Source: Liolophura sinensis (Eukaryota). From it: 64,000 nt of DNA. The notes beneath the pieces are model-generated. The model was not told where the DNA came from, did not search any database, and saw nothing but the letters and a program-made list of their open reading frames with translations. Positions 10,301 to 22,879 of this stretch are shown one piece after another (positions within the stretch are counted from its first letter, which is position 1; every line of letters starts with the position of its first letter). Location of the stretch: contig NC_088295.1 in assembly GCF_032854445.1 (NCBI RefSeq), forward strand, positions 32,146,510-32,210,509, in the 5' to 3' direction. A program made the translations under genes and the position numbers.

Positions 10301-12824
10301 CCTTTGCGTCTGAAGTCACGCTGTCCCAAACACACGAACACTCATTCCTTATGTTATTCATTACAGGTTATGAAAAATACTAGCAGAAAATTGTGCCACA
10401 ATGATAGTTAACAAAAAAAAAAATGTTACAAAAGATGGTTACTTCACTGTGGTGAGATTGCACATGTATATGGGGCCTCACATTGCCTACTCTGAAAATG
10501 ATAAGATACTTAGCCAATATCCCCGATGAAATAGTTACCATTATCGGGACCCATCTGCAGTGTTTCGTTCAGATTGTTATAAATTAGGTTTTACATGAAG
10601 ATTGACTGTACCAGAAATACATGTAGAAATACACAAGTTCAAGCCCAGTGTTCGACAAGGAATTTGTGGTTTCCCCATCTCTCACTGTCCGTGGAGGTCT
10701 AGGTGACACCCTTTAACAAACATCTACAGTTCTTGTGTGGCTACTTGCATATTCTTCCCCGTTTGTTGAAAGGCTCTTGCCACAAGTTCCAGTGTTATGG
10801 TGTTCACACGTGTGTGCCATGTCGTATTTGTGGTCATGAGTAACTAGTCAAAGGTGTTGATTTCCTCTATACCCATGGAACCTACCGACCATCATCTTGC
10901 AAGTAGACGATTCTTAATTGCGTATATCGGTACCGTATAGCGTAAAAACAATAATAAAATCTTTACAGCATCTTGGCAAAAGCTACTTGTACGTGCGAAT
11001 CTTATCAGTTATACTTATTATCAGTATACGACCAATTGTGTGTTTCCCTGAAGGCAATAGAGATGAATTACTATAACAAATATAAGATCACAAACCAATC
11101 AAATTAGTATTGGCCTGCGTGCGTATGGTTGTTCCAGGGCTCGGTCACGCATGTACTAGAAAAATGTACGGAAAAATGTCTTCCAAGCTGTAGAGATACA
11201 AGAAATGTTTCGTTTTTCCACTTGAAATTATCTATGACCCTGTTTTGCAGTGTTAAACACACACTCACTGTCTGGAGATAAGCCAAGGTCTTATTATCAT
11301 CGTGCACCGGAGACACTGACAAAATGAAACGATAAATACAAGGGAAGCTCACTTGATTTTAAAATCACGCATGCATGACTTCAGTGGTTTAGATGCATGG
11401 TATAGATGTGACCTTGTCTTGCGTTGTCATTTCGCATTTGGGCTATCTCTCGTACTTTTGAAACTATCTCTTCAGATAGATATAACAAGTAGGCTGTGGT
11501 CACCAGTGACCGCGGGTTATTTTGCAAAATATAGCCCTATGCAAGTTTCAAAGCTGACGTGTTAATATTTCCGATGATGGATGGATTGCCTTCTTTGGCG
11601 ATTTCTATACTTCTGTCTTCCAAAGCCTTTCATGTACTTAGTAGCCTTCGTCCATATACGAGTCCACCAGGTTAATAATTGTGTCTTCATTTACCCTTAT
11701 GAAAAAGGTTCGGTCAGATGGAATTAATTCGCCAAATGGATGATTATTTATATAACTTGTAACTTAACTTGTATTCAACTTAACTCTTAACTTAAAGTTT
11801 TGTGCTGATATCTTTAACATTTTTTGGTTTGCATGACTTTCTCCTAGACGTTTTTTTTTTTTTTTGGAAGGCTGAATCTGTTTGCTTACATATTCATAAA
11901 ATGATGTAAGTGTAATTTTTCGACCTGCACCCATTGACTGTCACCTAAACCGCACATCCCCCTTACAGGCCTATATATACTATCTCCCACCTGTTACTGA
12001 TCGACTCAAGTGGCATTCCCGCTATCTCCCGTAACTGATTTATTGTCGGTAATTATACCATTTACACAGGCCTAAAGAGGATCTATGATCTATGGGCATC
12101 TCTCTTTTTTTGGAACATAATGATCCGCCCCGGACAGCAAATGAAATATTTTATGCATGTTCTCTGTGGGATTTCAATTTACTTGGATATCCTTTGAACC
12201 TTAATTCCCTAGCCCTAATAACTGTGTCATTTTCATCTTCTTATGCATGAACATTCATCACCTACATGTATGTATGTGTAACGGTAGGTTCAACGCATAC
12301 CAGGCATAAACAAATGCTAAATGCATGAACCAAATACTAGTACAGTGTATATGTAGGCGTAATAAATGGTGTAGACAGTTCTTCGTAGTATAACGACAAA
12401 ATAATACCGTATTTCTACTTTTAAGATCTTTTCATAGGCTTAGCAGGGACGAACAGTCGAGGCCTTGTTGCTACAATAAGGTACGATAAGGTACCTAATC
12501 TATTTTTACAAACGAAAATCATCTTCTTGCAAATGCTTGTGCAATGAAGGCCAACCCCATTTAGAGTACCGTAATGCATTTGTGTTCAGCTTAAATGTAT
12601 AATTCAAATACGGCTAACCTAGCTTCTTGCGGATTTACAAATTCAAGAATACTTTCTTCCTTAGAATTTAAGCTGTCTTTTCAAGGGGTTAAATGAGATA
12701 CTTTTTTGGTTAGCTGTACTTCCTTGTTGCATTGACATTGATACCTCAGACGTGTAGCAGTGAATGGAGTCTCCCCCGTCCACACCCTCATCAAGGAGGT
12801 GTGTCACAGCCAACATTAGCTCGA

Positions 12825-12850
12825 GCTTGATATATATAAGTGACGTCACA
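12825..12850 (+). promoter_or_regulatory. Putative core promoter of gene B: TATA box (tatatataag) immediately followed by a CRE/ATF site (tgacgtca)
   Basis: TATATATAAG at 12831-12840 and TGACGTCA at 12841-12848, about 520 bp upstream of the first coding exon. A candidate non-coding 5' leader exon would end with a donor near 12958. Confidence 0.35.
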
Positions 12851-13369
12851 CCTGACTTCGCATTTGTAAACACATTAGGACGACGCGCTGTATAGGGGTA
12901 TGTTTCGGATGCTTTAGATGCGGTTTTACTCATTTTTGGTTGCTTGTCTGTTTGACCGAGGTGTTATTTACTCAATATGCAATAACTTTAACAGATTGTC
13001 ATCAAATTTATTTGAGTGATTTGTGTGTTTCTCTTCCTTAGTCGTGGTACCAGACATGTTGTTGTTGCATTCACATGTTGTTATCAACTTGTCTTCAATC
13101 ACTAAACTCCATCAGGAAGGGGGACATGACATGATGCTGAGTTGTAAAATTTTGTACACCAGCCCGCTGAACAACAGGCATCAGATCTCTGATGACAGCT
13201 TTTGATATTAAACTTTCTGTTTGAAAGCATATTTTGATCTTGTCAAAACTGTGAAGAGATCCAGATAACAGTGTTGCATGTGTGTTTACATGTAATTATT
13301 ACCGTAATTACTAAAGTTCCTATATTGGGCTATAATATGTTACAGATAATTGAAGTCCTTGAATTCGAG

Positions 13370-13461
13370 ATGGAGTTTGCTTCAAAATATGTCTTCAATT
13401 ATGGTGACTCCGATGAGGAATCTGTGTCGGATGAAGAGTTCTATCAAGGGATGAGTCTTTC
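13370..13461 (+). CDS. Gene B exon 1 (start codon at 13370; acidic Ser-rich N-terminus)
   Basis: Kozak-like gagATGG. Reads MEFASKYVFNYGDSDEESVSDEEFYQGMSLS. Donor C|GTAAGG leaves phase 2. The acceptor tatgttacag| at 13346 suggests an upstream 5'UTR exon. Confidence 0.6.
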
Positions 13462-14063
13462 GTAAGGCAACTGCTTGTAATTGTCACCATCTGATCGATT
13501 GCACTGACTGTTGGTTGAGGCTGCGCAACCTATACAGTCAGAGACCCACAACCTTGGCATCAGTCACATGGTGGGGTAACGACCCGAAAAAGCACTCTTC
13601 TTACCTCGACCTGGTCAGATCATAACATCTCCGCTTCCAATGACCACATATAATTTTAGTAATCCAGTGAAGTGTCATGATTTGATCAAATAATTTCTTA
13701 TGCATATTAGTTTTGTTATCATATCATCTATACAAGATATACATGTACACTTACTGCAAGTGGCAATCTTTTCCTTCGATTATTCAAAAAGGTTATCATT
13801 ACTAAAATTGAACTGTTTTTCTTCCTGTTCATTGCTTATCATGGATTTATTTTGGATAAGTCATTCATTTTCCCCAGTGAGCCTGACTGGCTCAGGTTAT
13901 TGAAACACTGATGCAATTCAGTTAACTACAGACCACTGTGTCTTGTGTTCGATTCCAGCTATGGTTGTTTTTGCTGAGGTTTTACATCACAGAAACATAG
14001 TTAATAACATAAGATGTGTGCAATTTGAATTATGAATTCCTCACCGTTGTGTTGATTTGTCAG

Positions 14064-14293
14064 TGAGAGTGATAGTGATGAAGAGGTGGAGACGAATGTA
14101 ACTGGGGCTGGAGCCAGTGCCCCTGCAGTGGCTAAAGACACAGTAGACTCAACCAGGAAACAGTTATTATCTGAAGTGTGTGCAGGGGCCACACTCAAAG
14201 CGAGAGAAGCCATTCCACTACCTCCCCCATCTTCAGAAGCCAATTCAAGTGTTCCTGCCCCACCCCCTAGGTCACCACCTCCTGCAGAGAAAA
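14064..14293 (+). CDS. Gene B exon 2 (acidic tract, WH2-like motif, proline-rich tract)
   Basis: Acceptor ttgatttgtcag|. The single base T completes a TCT codon. Reads ESDSDEEVETNVTGAG..STRKQLLSEVCAGATLKAREAIPLPPPSS..PAPPPRSPPPAEK. Donor A|GTAAGA. Confidence 0.7.
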
Positions 14294-14496
14294 GTAAGAG
14301 ATATTTGCTGTAATGGGTATTCACCTTATTTCTATGCTTAAGAAAGGAAAATGTACATTTAAGAGTGGTGTAAATCATAACATGCACATACATATTTAGT
14401 CCTGTTGTAGTGATGTAGTTTTGTGGTTTTGGGTGTAATTATTAGAGAACCTGTAGATAACAGAATAATACACTGACATTTGTGTTTCAATTGCAG

Positions 14497-14631
14497 AGGC
14501 TGGCTTTATGGAAAGCTTATTCTCCAGGTTTTCCCGTAGAGAGGATAGTGCCAAGTCAGTGCCAGGGCAAAACCTAGAGAGCAGGCCTAAAGGAAACCTG
14601 AAAACTATGAGACACTGGAAGTGTCCCTCAG
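14497..14631 (+). CDS. Gene B exon 3
   Basis: Acceptor tttcaattgcag| and donor G|GTAAGT. Reads KAGFMESLFSRFSRREDSAKSVPGQNLESRPKGNLKTMRHWKCPS. Confidence 0.65.
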
Positions 14632-16063
14632 GTAAGTTAATCTTCAGAACTGTTGGATTATGCTTATACAACAATGTACCTTTAATGTACTCCTCCCCGC
14701 TCCCCTCACTCCTACCCTGTGCCTGATCTAACTGCTTGTATTCTTGTTTATGACACAATTATTTAATTTTCCTGAATTCGTGTTTTTAAGGTGCAATGTG
14801 ATTGGTCAAATTTTTCTGTTTGTACTCCAATAATCACCCAAAAGTGAACTAATGAAGTTATGTAGGACTTTTCTTGGAATGGAATTGAAAGAGACCGAAG
14901 GCACATCATGTAGAATAACGAAAAGAACTTATTTTTCTTCTAGTGTAAACAACAAAATAAAAACGCTCTGTAAACTTTTGTATGAACTGCTTTGCATGCA
15001 TTTTGCACAGCATGTTTTTAGTTTTTACCCCAATAAAACCTAAAAAATATTAGAGTCAATTCTGAACCAAACAACAATCAAACATATAAATGAATAAATA
15101 TATAACAGCTTTGTGAAAGCTTTGTAACGTCTGTATTTGAGATGTCAGAATGTTTGCCCCATAGAAGGATGACTTGGGCTTAGTGTTAAATCATACTGTA
15201 CCTTTACCTCATCTGGCCATCTGTGGTACAAGAGTACTGTACATCCTCATTTGGCCTCAGACATAATATGATATTACAAGAACTGGTTTGCCAAATGTTG
15301 GTGCACTGCCTAACAGGCCGGTGCACCATTTAACAGGTAACAGGTATCATGTCTGGTGTCTTAGGCATGGGGCTCTTGTCATGCCTGTGAGGCAGTACTA
15401 TAATACATGTATATGTTGGCTGTAGGAGTGTTCTTTCACAAGGATATACCAAGGGGTTGAAGTGTTCTTGAATGACCTGGATGTCAGTTGGGTACCTTTT
15501 CCTGTGTGATGGTTACTTTTCACTATAGCTCTATTACAGTGAGCAAGTACTACCTTGCAAACATTTCTAGCAGCCAAAATAATTTGGCATTGGGCCCCTA
15601 AAGTACCTTGTATTAAAGGGATATTATCTACATGAGAGCAACAATAAGTTGAATGTAGTAACATACATGTAATAAAGACACACTCTGACTATTTATCAGA
15701 TTACCCAGTCAGAAAGCAGTGATCAGTACCCTTCACCCTTTATTATGAATAATAATGTGAAACTGTTTTCATAAAACTAACTCAGGAGATGGTTCCTTTG
15801 AAATTATTTTGGCTGCTAGAATGTTTGCAAGTTAGTACTTGCTCACTGCAAAAGAAGAATAGTGAAAAATAACAAAGGTACCAGGTCGCCATCACACAGG
15901 AAAAGGTACATAATTGACATCATGCAAGTGAAAAAATGTTCATATTGAGATTACACATCAATCAAATAAATAAATCACTGAAGTTCACTTTATGTTGATA
16001 CAGTTAATTAAAATGAATAAGGCCATTACTTCCTTTTCAACAACATATCTATATTGGTTGCAG

Positions 16064-16278
16064 CTCTCGCAGCCAAGTGTCCTGGTGAGCGACAGGTCGT
16101 GGAACATAATATGAGACACAGAAAGCGTTATCGCCGGGCAGACACTAACATTGTTTCCATCAAATTTGAGAAGCTGATCTCCCCCAGCCACATGCACACA
16201 GGAGACGCAGAATACTGTGGGGCATGTAAAGCTATTTTGTCTCGCATCAGTGAACTCGAACAGGATGGAGACAACAAG
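16064..16278 (+). CDS. Gene B exon 4 (first half of the C4 zinc ribbon)
   Basis: Acceptor atattggttgcag| and donor AAG|GTAAGC. Reads ALAAKCPGERQVVEHNMRHRKRYRR..HMHTGDAEYCGACKAILSRISELEQDGDNK. Confidence 0.7.
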
Positions 16279-16622
16279 GTAAGCTTCATGCCAAATTCTG
16301 AGAAGTGCATTTGCTGGCACAAAATGGCTTTCTCATAACGAACATTGCTTGATGAAGAACGGAGCCAAGCATTTTGCAAGTCAAAACAAATGAATTAATG
16401 TAGATTGTTTTGCCTAAATATCAGTTGTCAGTAACTTGCCAAATGTAGGTGGATTACCCGGGTTTCCTGCTCCAGTAAAACTGGTTGCCATGGCACAAGG
16501 GTAAAATTCTTGAGCATAGCCTTATAAAAAACCATAAAGTAATTGTTGTAAGTCACAGTACAAAGAACCAGTGACCGATTAAACCTCAGAAGTCTGTAGC
16601 TTATGTCATGTTGTGTTTGTAG

Positions 16623-16814
16623 GTGTGGACATGTGAGTTTTGTGGGGAACATAACTTGGTGGACATCATGGAGGAGGAGATCCCGCAGATTGATGATGTG
16701 ACTTTCATGCTGGAGCCAGCTGTGGCCACCACCGCCAGCGGACCCTCGGGGACGGACGAATCCCTCGTCATCTTCTGTGTTGATGTCTCCGGCAGCATGT
16801 GTGTCACCACTCAG
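16623..16814 (+). CDS. Gene B exon 5 (second CxxC of the zinc ribbon and start of the vWA domain with MIDAS motif DxSxS)
   Basis: Acceptor ttgtgtttgtag| and donor CAG|GTATGG. Reads VWTCEFCGEHNLVDIMEEEIPQIDDVTFMLEPAVATTASGPSGTDESLVIFCVDVSGSMCVTTQ. Confidence 0.8.
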
Positions 16815-17584
16815 GTATGGTAAACAGTTTAAACCAGAATGAGAGAAAGGCATTTTACTAGACTCTGCATGCCACTAAAATGTAAGCATTTATCAGACAT
16901 TGCCTTTGACAGATTTTCATCTAGAACGAATTTTGAATTATAAATTTCATGAAAATTTATGAAGGCAGTAGAAAAAAACATTAGTTTTAAGCTGTGTCAG
17001 GATGAACAACAGCAAAAGTTTTCCATTAAGTTACAGAACTATAAATTTTAAATACATGTATGTTCAGAAATGCACCGTCTAGAGACTATCCCAATTATGT
17101 CAAAGGGTAGATATGTGTAGCATACCCATATTGCCTGTAAATCATTTCTAATTGTTTCATTACACATCTTACCATGGTGTAACATTCTGACCTCCTGTAG
17201 AAATGTGTTGTCCAGAAAGATCTGTTTTTAATCTTGGTCAAATTCTGAAATGGGCCTGCATAGAAAGTGCATTTTTTATCCAATATTAAATGATTGCATT
17301 GTTTTCTTTACCCCACATTCAGTAACTTTTATATTTAATTTTGTAGCCTTTTATGAAAATAGCGGACCAGGATTTCTCATTAGAACAGGGCTTTTCAATG
17401 TAGCTGTGCAATACATTTATGTGTAGTTTTCTTTTGAAGAAAATTGATACAGAATTTGATGCACACTCTCAGTCAAAATGCTCTGTTAAAGCATTGACTC
17501 TTCGTGACTGTCCAGTCCTTTACCAATGAGTGTGCACATTGAAGTCAGAAGATTTTTCAAATACAATTCGAAAGGATAGTGTAC

Positions 17585-17955
17585 CGGCCCGGATAGCACA
17601 GTTGGTAGAGCGTCCGCTTCGGGACCGGTTAGAGATCCAGGATCAATCCTTGATCGAGTCACACCTAAGACTTTAAAAGAGGAAGTTGTAACTTCCTCGC
17701 TTGGCGTTCAGCATGAAGGGGATAGTGCAACGACTGTTGACCCGTATCAGTATAATGGCTCGGGCGGGGGCGGCTTACTTGCCTTCGGTAAGTCGTCTCA
17801 GTGAAGGCAGCACTAAATAAAAGAGCGGTGGAAATCCGTCCTGCATCAAGGAGGCACATTACACGTACATGCACCCTAATGATTCCTTCGTCGTCATAAT
17901 GACTGAAAAATTGTTGAGTACGACGTTAAACCCCAAGCACTCACTCACTCACTCG
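17585..17955 (+). mobile_element. SINE family 2 copy (tRNA-like head, (CACT)n tail), in intron 5 of gene B
   Basis: Head cggcccggatagcacagttggtagagcgtccgcttcgggaccggttagagatccaggatcaatccttgatcgagtc resembles a tRNA with A and B boxes. It is ~85% identical to the copy at 61262-61620. Confidence 0.75.
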
Positions 17956-18004
17956 AAGGATAGTGGTATGAGATGAAACTAATACTCTTGCATACTGTCA
18001 TCAT

Positions 18005-18008
<4 letters not shown>

Positions 18009-18042
<34 letters not shown>

Positions 18043-18071
18043 TTATACATTGAATATATATATATTCATAT

Positions 18072-18120
<49 letters not shown>
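18009..18120. repeat. (AT)n microsatellite, interrupted
   Basis: Directly visible. Track ORF 17945..18172(-) is an artefact of it. Confidence 0.95.
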
Positions 18121-18122
<2 letters not shown>

Positions 18123-18420
18123 TTAGAGGAATTACAAGGTTTATGCAGCCCTGGACAATCCTTGAAAGTCATGAAATTTGAAATTAAAGAGCAGTCATTG
18201 ATTTTTTAGGAAATTGGTTAAAATGACCAAAAACTTTGGTCAAAATGACCAAAAACTGTGCATACACTGATACACTGCCTGTGTTAGGTTTAACATTAAG
18301 TGGAGCAAAATGTTAATTTGTAGTTGATGTGACCTTAACACATACATGTAACTGTGGAAAATATTTATGATGGGTAAACCATGAAATACATCTTTCAAAA
18401 CGTTTAGAGAACTATGCAGT

Positions 18421-18640
18421 TCTGAGTTTTCCTGATCTGTTTGTAAGGTATGTGTTTAAGCTGTGCCTTCCTTGACCCCAGATTCCTGGTCTGTTTTTAA
18501 GGTATCTGTTTAAGTTGTGCCTTCTTTGACCCCAGGTTCCTGGTCTGTTTGTAAGGTATGTGTTTAAGCTGTGCCTTCCTTGACCCCAGGTTCCTTGTCT
18601 TTCTGTGAGGTATATGTTTAAGCTGTGTCTTCCTTGACTG
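18421..18640 (+). repeat. Four tandem ~58-bp copies of the 3' splice-acceptor region of gene B exon 6
   Basis: The unit gtatgtgtttaagctgtgccttccttgaccccag|gttcctggtctgttt occurs four times. The last copy is the real acceptor (..cttgactgcag|GTTCCTGGTAAGATG). Confidence 0.85.
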
Positions 18641-18643
18641 CAG

Positions 18644-18856
18644 GTTCCTGGTAAGATGAATCTACGAGGGAGTAACCTTCAGAGACTACAGTCCTTAAAC
18701 AGAACCCATGAGGACCAGCACTTGCCTGGAGAGAGACGGAATGTCACGTACATCTCCAGGCTTCAGGCCATGCAAGCCGCTGTTGACCACCAGCTCAATG
18801 AGCTTGTTAAGAGTTTCCCTCACCGTAGAGTCGCTCTCATCTCCTTCAACAATGAG
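18644..18856 (+). CDS. Gene B exon 6 (vWA domain)
   Basis: Acceptor ccttgactgcag| and donor GAG|GTATGT. Reads VPGKMNLRGSNLQRLQSLNRTHEDQHLPGERRNVTYISRLQAMQAAVDHQLNELVKSFPHRRVALISFNNE. Confidence 0.75.
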
Positions 18857-20008
18857 GTATGTGTAACTTGAATCTTAAGTTAAATTTTGTACCATTAGGT
18901 GTACATCTGAAGAGTAGTCAGGCAGCCTAGATAAGGAAGTTTGGTGGTTTTTACCCTGGCTCTAAATACTTTTCACAACCGATATCCAGCACCACCTTTT
19001 ATGTGAAGTCAAATGATCTGGACTACCGTGTTCAACATATGGGTAGTACCCTAATTCTTCAACTTTTTCGCATATGAAAGAGCAACTTCCTGTACACTGT
19101 ATGAATATTTATAATTATATTTTGGAGAAAAAACTACATTCCTTAGATTGGTCAATCTTGGGGCTTCCCAAAAAGTAGAATTGTGTCACTCTGCACAGAA
19201 TAATAAATAACACCTTGCAAACATGCAATGAGGTGGAAAAAGTACAATAGATTTATGCATTTTTTGCAATTACAAACAACCTGAAATTTTGCCTCAAAAA
19301 GTGCATTTTTATCTGCAAATAAATGCTATAAATTATTTATTTTGTTCACAAAACTTATATTTCCCCATTCGGATATGATCATGCCGTCCAACAAGACCTC
19401 GAAATACCTTTCTAAGATCAGTGAAGTAGAATCAGGCAAAGTGTGCCACTTAAAGTTTTGGGCCATTTACCTGAAGGACTACTAGTATTTATGTCTGGAT
19501 GATGTCTGACAGTTGTTTAATGAAAGCATTACTTTTTGGCTTGTCATAAACTCAGAGCAAACAAATGTTTTTGCATGTCTTGCATTCTAGTCATTTGAAA
19601 ACTGGTTATTCAAGTTTCTCTTGTGTGTGTACATGTGGCATCTGTTACATACTACCCAAGTGAGTTTTTCTTGGTTCTTTCGTAATTACAATGAGAAAGG
19701 GTGCTGACACTAAATGATGGTAGCATACATGCAGACTTATAGGCAGTAATGTATACACTTATTTCCTAAGTAATGCACAGGTACATGTAGGTTACTGATT
19801 GCTGATTTAAGGCCCATATTGCATGAAATTTGTGTTGGAACTTAAATTAAGACCATGCAGTCAGGAGAATTCCCTACATGTCCATGTGTTATTGTTTTCA
19901 CCAAGTCAGTGTCTTACCTGTTTCTATATAGTTCAGTTACTATAGTATCAAGTATGGTTCCATGCTAATAGCTTAGCTTGTGTTAACTCTCATTGTGTGT
20001 ACATGTAG

Positions 20009-20160
20009 GTGGAGATTATTGGTGACGGGACTCAAGCAGCTGTCTGTATATCAGGTGACAAGCTGAAAGATAAAGATGCCCTGGTGAAGGTGGGCTCAGA
20101 CATACAGACACCTAAAGCAGTCAAGGACAGCGGGCCAGCCCTCAGTGATAAAGTGTTTGG
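20009..20160 (+). CDS. Gene B exon 7 (vWA domain)
   Basis: Acceptor tgtacatgtag| and donor GG|GTGAGA. Reads VEIIGDGTQAAVCISGDKLKDKDALVKVGSDIQTPKAVKDSGPALSDKVFG. Confidence 0.7.
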
Positions 20161-20299
20161 GTGAGATTGGAGCTCCTGCAGTTGGTTTTAATGGATATTG
20201 ATTGATTAATGGAGTTTATCACCAGGTTCAAGAATTACTCACTTTATTCAGCTGGCCGGATTAAACCACTGGCCTTTGTAAACTACTTGGTCAACATCC

Positions 20300-20572
20300 T
20301 GACTTTAAGGTGTGTAACAGACAGTGAGTCATGTGGTGCAGGCATGCGGGAACATCTCACCACTCCAGTCACTAAGAATTCAAGTCGATTATGCTTATGT
20401 CATACGTTGGAAGGTCCTGGCAACAATCTGCAGATGGTTGTGTGTTTCCCCTGGGCTCTGCACGGTTTCCTCCGGACATAAATGCTGGCCGCACGTAAGA
20501 GAAATATTCTTGAGTACAGCATAAAATACCAATCAGATAAATAAATAAATAATCAGCTAGTCTCCCAGCTAG
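20300..20572 (+). mobile_element. SINE family 1 copy (diverged), in intron 7 of gene B
   Basis: ..tggttgtgtgtttcccctgggctctgcacggtttcctccggacataaatgctggccgcacgtaagagaaatattcttgagtacagcataaaataccaatcagataaataaataaat. Confidence 0.65.
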
Positions 20573-21093
20573 TGTACATGTGACTTCAGTGAACAGTCAT
20601 CACAACCATGGGTATAACCATATGACCCACTGAGTCCCCCATTTCAGAGGTAAACTGGCCTAGACCAGTCTAATCACTCCTGGGGGAGGTTTTCTGGTTT
20701 ACTTTACTCCTGGTCTCTGTGGACTACAGCATACATCGAGTTGATTCGCTGACATGCCTTGTGAATAAAATTCATTGATTATGGATAATGTTAATTTTTG
20801 TATATGCCTGTATGTACTCTACGATTGATTTTCCTCAACTTGCCATAGAGTGACAATGTTACGGCACAAAGGATGTCACCACAATGCCATAATGTCACAA
20901 TGCTCCATATTAAAATAAACCTCCCATTGTAAATGACAGCATGACACAAAGGGACATCACTCTTCTGATGTATGAAATGCAACTGTTTATAATATCCATA
21001 ATATTAAAATAAAATAAAAAAGAATGTATATAACATCAACCTGATGCTTGGTATATATGTTCATGTACATTTCTACCAATCTCTTTGATGCAG

Positions 21094-21303
21094 ACTTGAG
21101 GAGGGTGGAGCCACAGCATTAGGCCCCGCCCTGACTGTGGCTGTTGCCATGGCATCCCAGTGTCCCGGGTCTAAGGTGATCGTGTGCACTGATGGCATGG
21201 CAAATGTGGGATTGGGGAGCTTGGAAAACTTAGACTCGGAAGAGGACAGGGAAAGAGCTGGAGACTTCTACACGGCTCTGGGACAAACTGCTTTAGCCAA
21301 AAG
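21094..21303 (+). CDS. Gene B exon 8 (vWA domain; GGT..LGPAL and VIVCTDGMAN motifs)
   Basis: Acceptor ctctttgatgcag| and donor AG|GTACAT. Reads (G)LEEGGATALGPALTVAVAMASQCPGSKVIVCTDGMANVGLGSLENLDSEEDRERAGDFYTALGQTALAK. Confidence 0.8.
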
Positions 21304-21684
21304 GTACATGTAGAGTCACTGTTGTGCACACTACCTGCAGTATGATAGGAGTACATGGGTATCATTCTTACTGCTATAGCAGTAGGTATAGTGCTCCAAT
21401 ATATATATTCTGAGCACATATGATATGGTCATTATGATAAGTTTAATTCAGGTAAAGCATCAGGTGAACTGAACATTAAAATTCCATGTAATATTCATAA
21501 AGTAGTACTGTGATCTGGAGCATTCAGTGCACTGTATTTCCTCACAATGCCTTCTCTTCAACTTTTGAGTCTTAAAAATTATGGGTTTGGAAAAAAGTTA
21601 ACAAAAATGGCTACCATCAAAATCATAGTCGTGATTTATCAGGATATTTTGTATGTCAACCATGGTAATTCTGTGTTTTTGCAG

Positions 21685-21769
21685 TGTTTCCATCTCCGTG
21701 ATCAGTATCACAGGTAGCGATTGCAAACTGGCACATTTGGGCCAGGTAGCTGAGCTAACAGGTGGACAG
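21685..21769 (+). CDS. Gene B exon 9
   Basis: Acceptor ctgtgtttttgcag| and donor CAG|GTGAGT. Reads (S)VSISVISITGSDCKLAHLGQVAELTGGQ. Only this frame is open. Confidence 0.7.
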
Positions 21770-21801
21770 GTGAGTGACAAAGGGGACATGAACTGACAAA
21801 A

Positions 21802-22026
21802 GGGGCGTTCATGGCTCAGTTGGTTAGTGCGCTAGCGCAGCGTAATGACCCAGGAGCCTAACACAAATGCCGTCGCTGTGAGTTCAAGTCCAGCTCATGC
21901 TGGCTTCCTCTCCAGCTGTACGTGGGAAGGTCTGCCACCAACCTGTGGATGGTCGTGGGTTTTCCCTGGGCTTCGCCCAGTTTCCTCCCACCATAATGCT
22001 TGCTGCCATTGTATTAGTGAAATACT
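21802..22026 (+). mobile_element. SINE family 1 copy, in intron 9 of gene B
   Basis: ggggcgttcatggctcagttggttagtgcgctagcgcagcgtaatgacccaggagcc..gagttcaagtccagctcatgctggcttcctc.. Confidence 0.85.
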
Positions 22027-22290
22027 GAACTGACATAGTCATCACAGTACGTGTACATTCATTTTTAATGCACCACTTTGTTAATACAAAGAGCACCCTA
22101 AAGTTAATCTTAGAACATGTATATCTTCACATGCCAGCAACAATATCCCATCTATGTTAAATATGATGACTAAAATTTAGAGGCTGACTTCATTGTCTGC
22201 CCCCATTGAACATGCCAATACTTTTAGCTAGCTTTAATGAACGACAACCAACCGTCACCGATATGTACATGTACGTAATGCATTCTCCAG

Positions 22291-22397
22291 GTGAACATTG
22301 TGGATCCACTAAAGTTAACCGAGGAATTCAGTACAATCTTGGCTGATCGAGTGATAGCTACAAACGTGGTGGCCACCTTCCTTCTCCACAAGAAGCT
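22291..22397 (+). CDS. Gene B exon 10
   Basis: Acceptor gcattctccag| and donor CT|GTGAGT. Reads VNIVDPLKLTEEFSTILADRVIATNVVATFLLHKK. Confidence 0.7.
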
Positions 22398-22496
22398 GTG
22401 AGTAATTGCTTGTACACAGTCTAATTTACTTCATGCAGATCACATTCTTCATCTTCATGCCCTCTGTTCATTTAATAAAATGTCATACTTTACATG

Positions 22497-22732
22497 TTGG
22501 TTAGTGCAGCGTAATGACCCAGTAGACTTTCACCAATGCAGTCGCTGTGAGTTCAAGTCCAGCTCATGCTGGCTTCCTCACCGGGCGTACGTGGGAAGGT
22601 CTCCAGCAACCTACGTCGTGGGTTCCCCCCGGGCTCTGCCCGCTTTCCTCCCACCATAAAGTTGGCTGCCGTCATATAAATGAAATATTCTTGAGAACAG
22701 CATAAAACACCAATCAGATAAAATAAATAAAT
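22497..22732 (+). mobile_element. SINE family 1 copy (5'-truncated), in intron 10 of gene B
   Basis: ggttagtgcagcgtaatgacccag..gagttcaagtccagctcatgctggcttcctcaccgggcgtacgtgggaaggtc.. with an (ATAAAT) tail. Confidence 0.85.
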
Positions 22733-22879
22733 TACATACCCTCTTTTTACGTGTCCTCCATTATTTAGCATGGCGCACCCTTGGTGCCGTCTGTACTTGT
22801 CATAGTTCAGTGTATGTTCATTAACATGTCACATTCTATGTGCCATATGTGTTCATGAAATGTTACACTGTATATGCAT

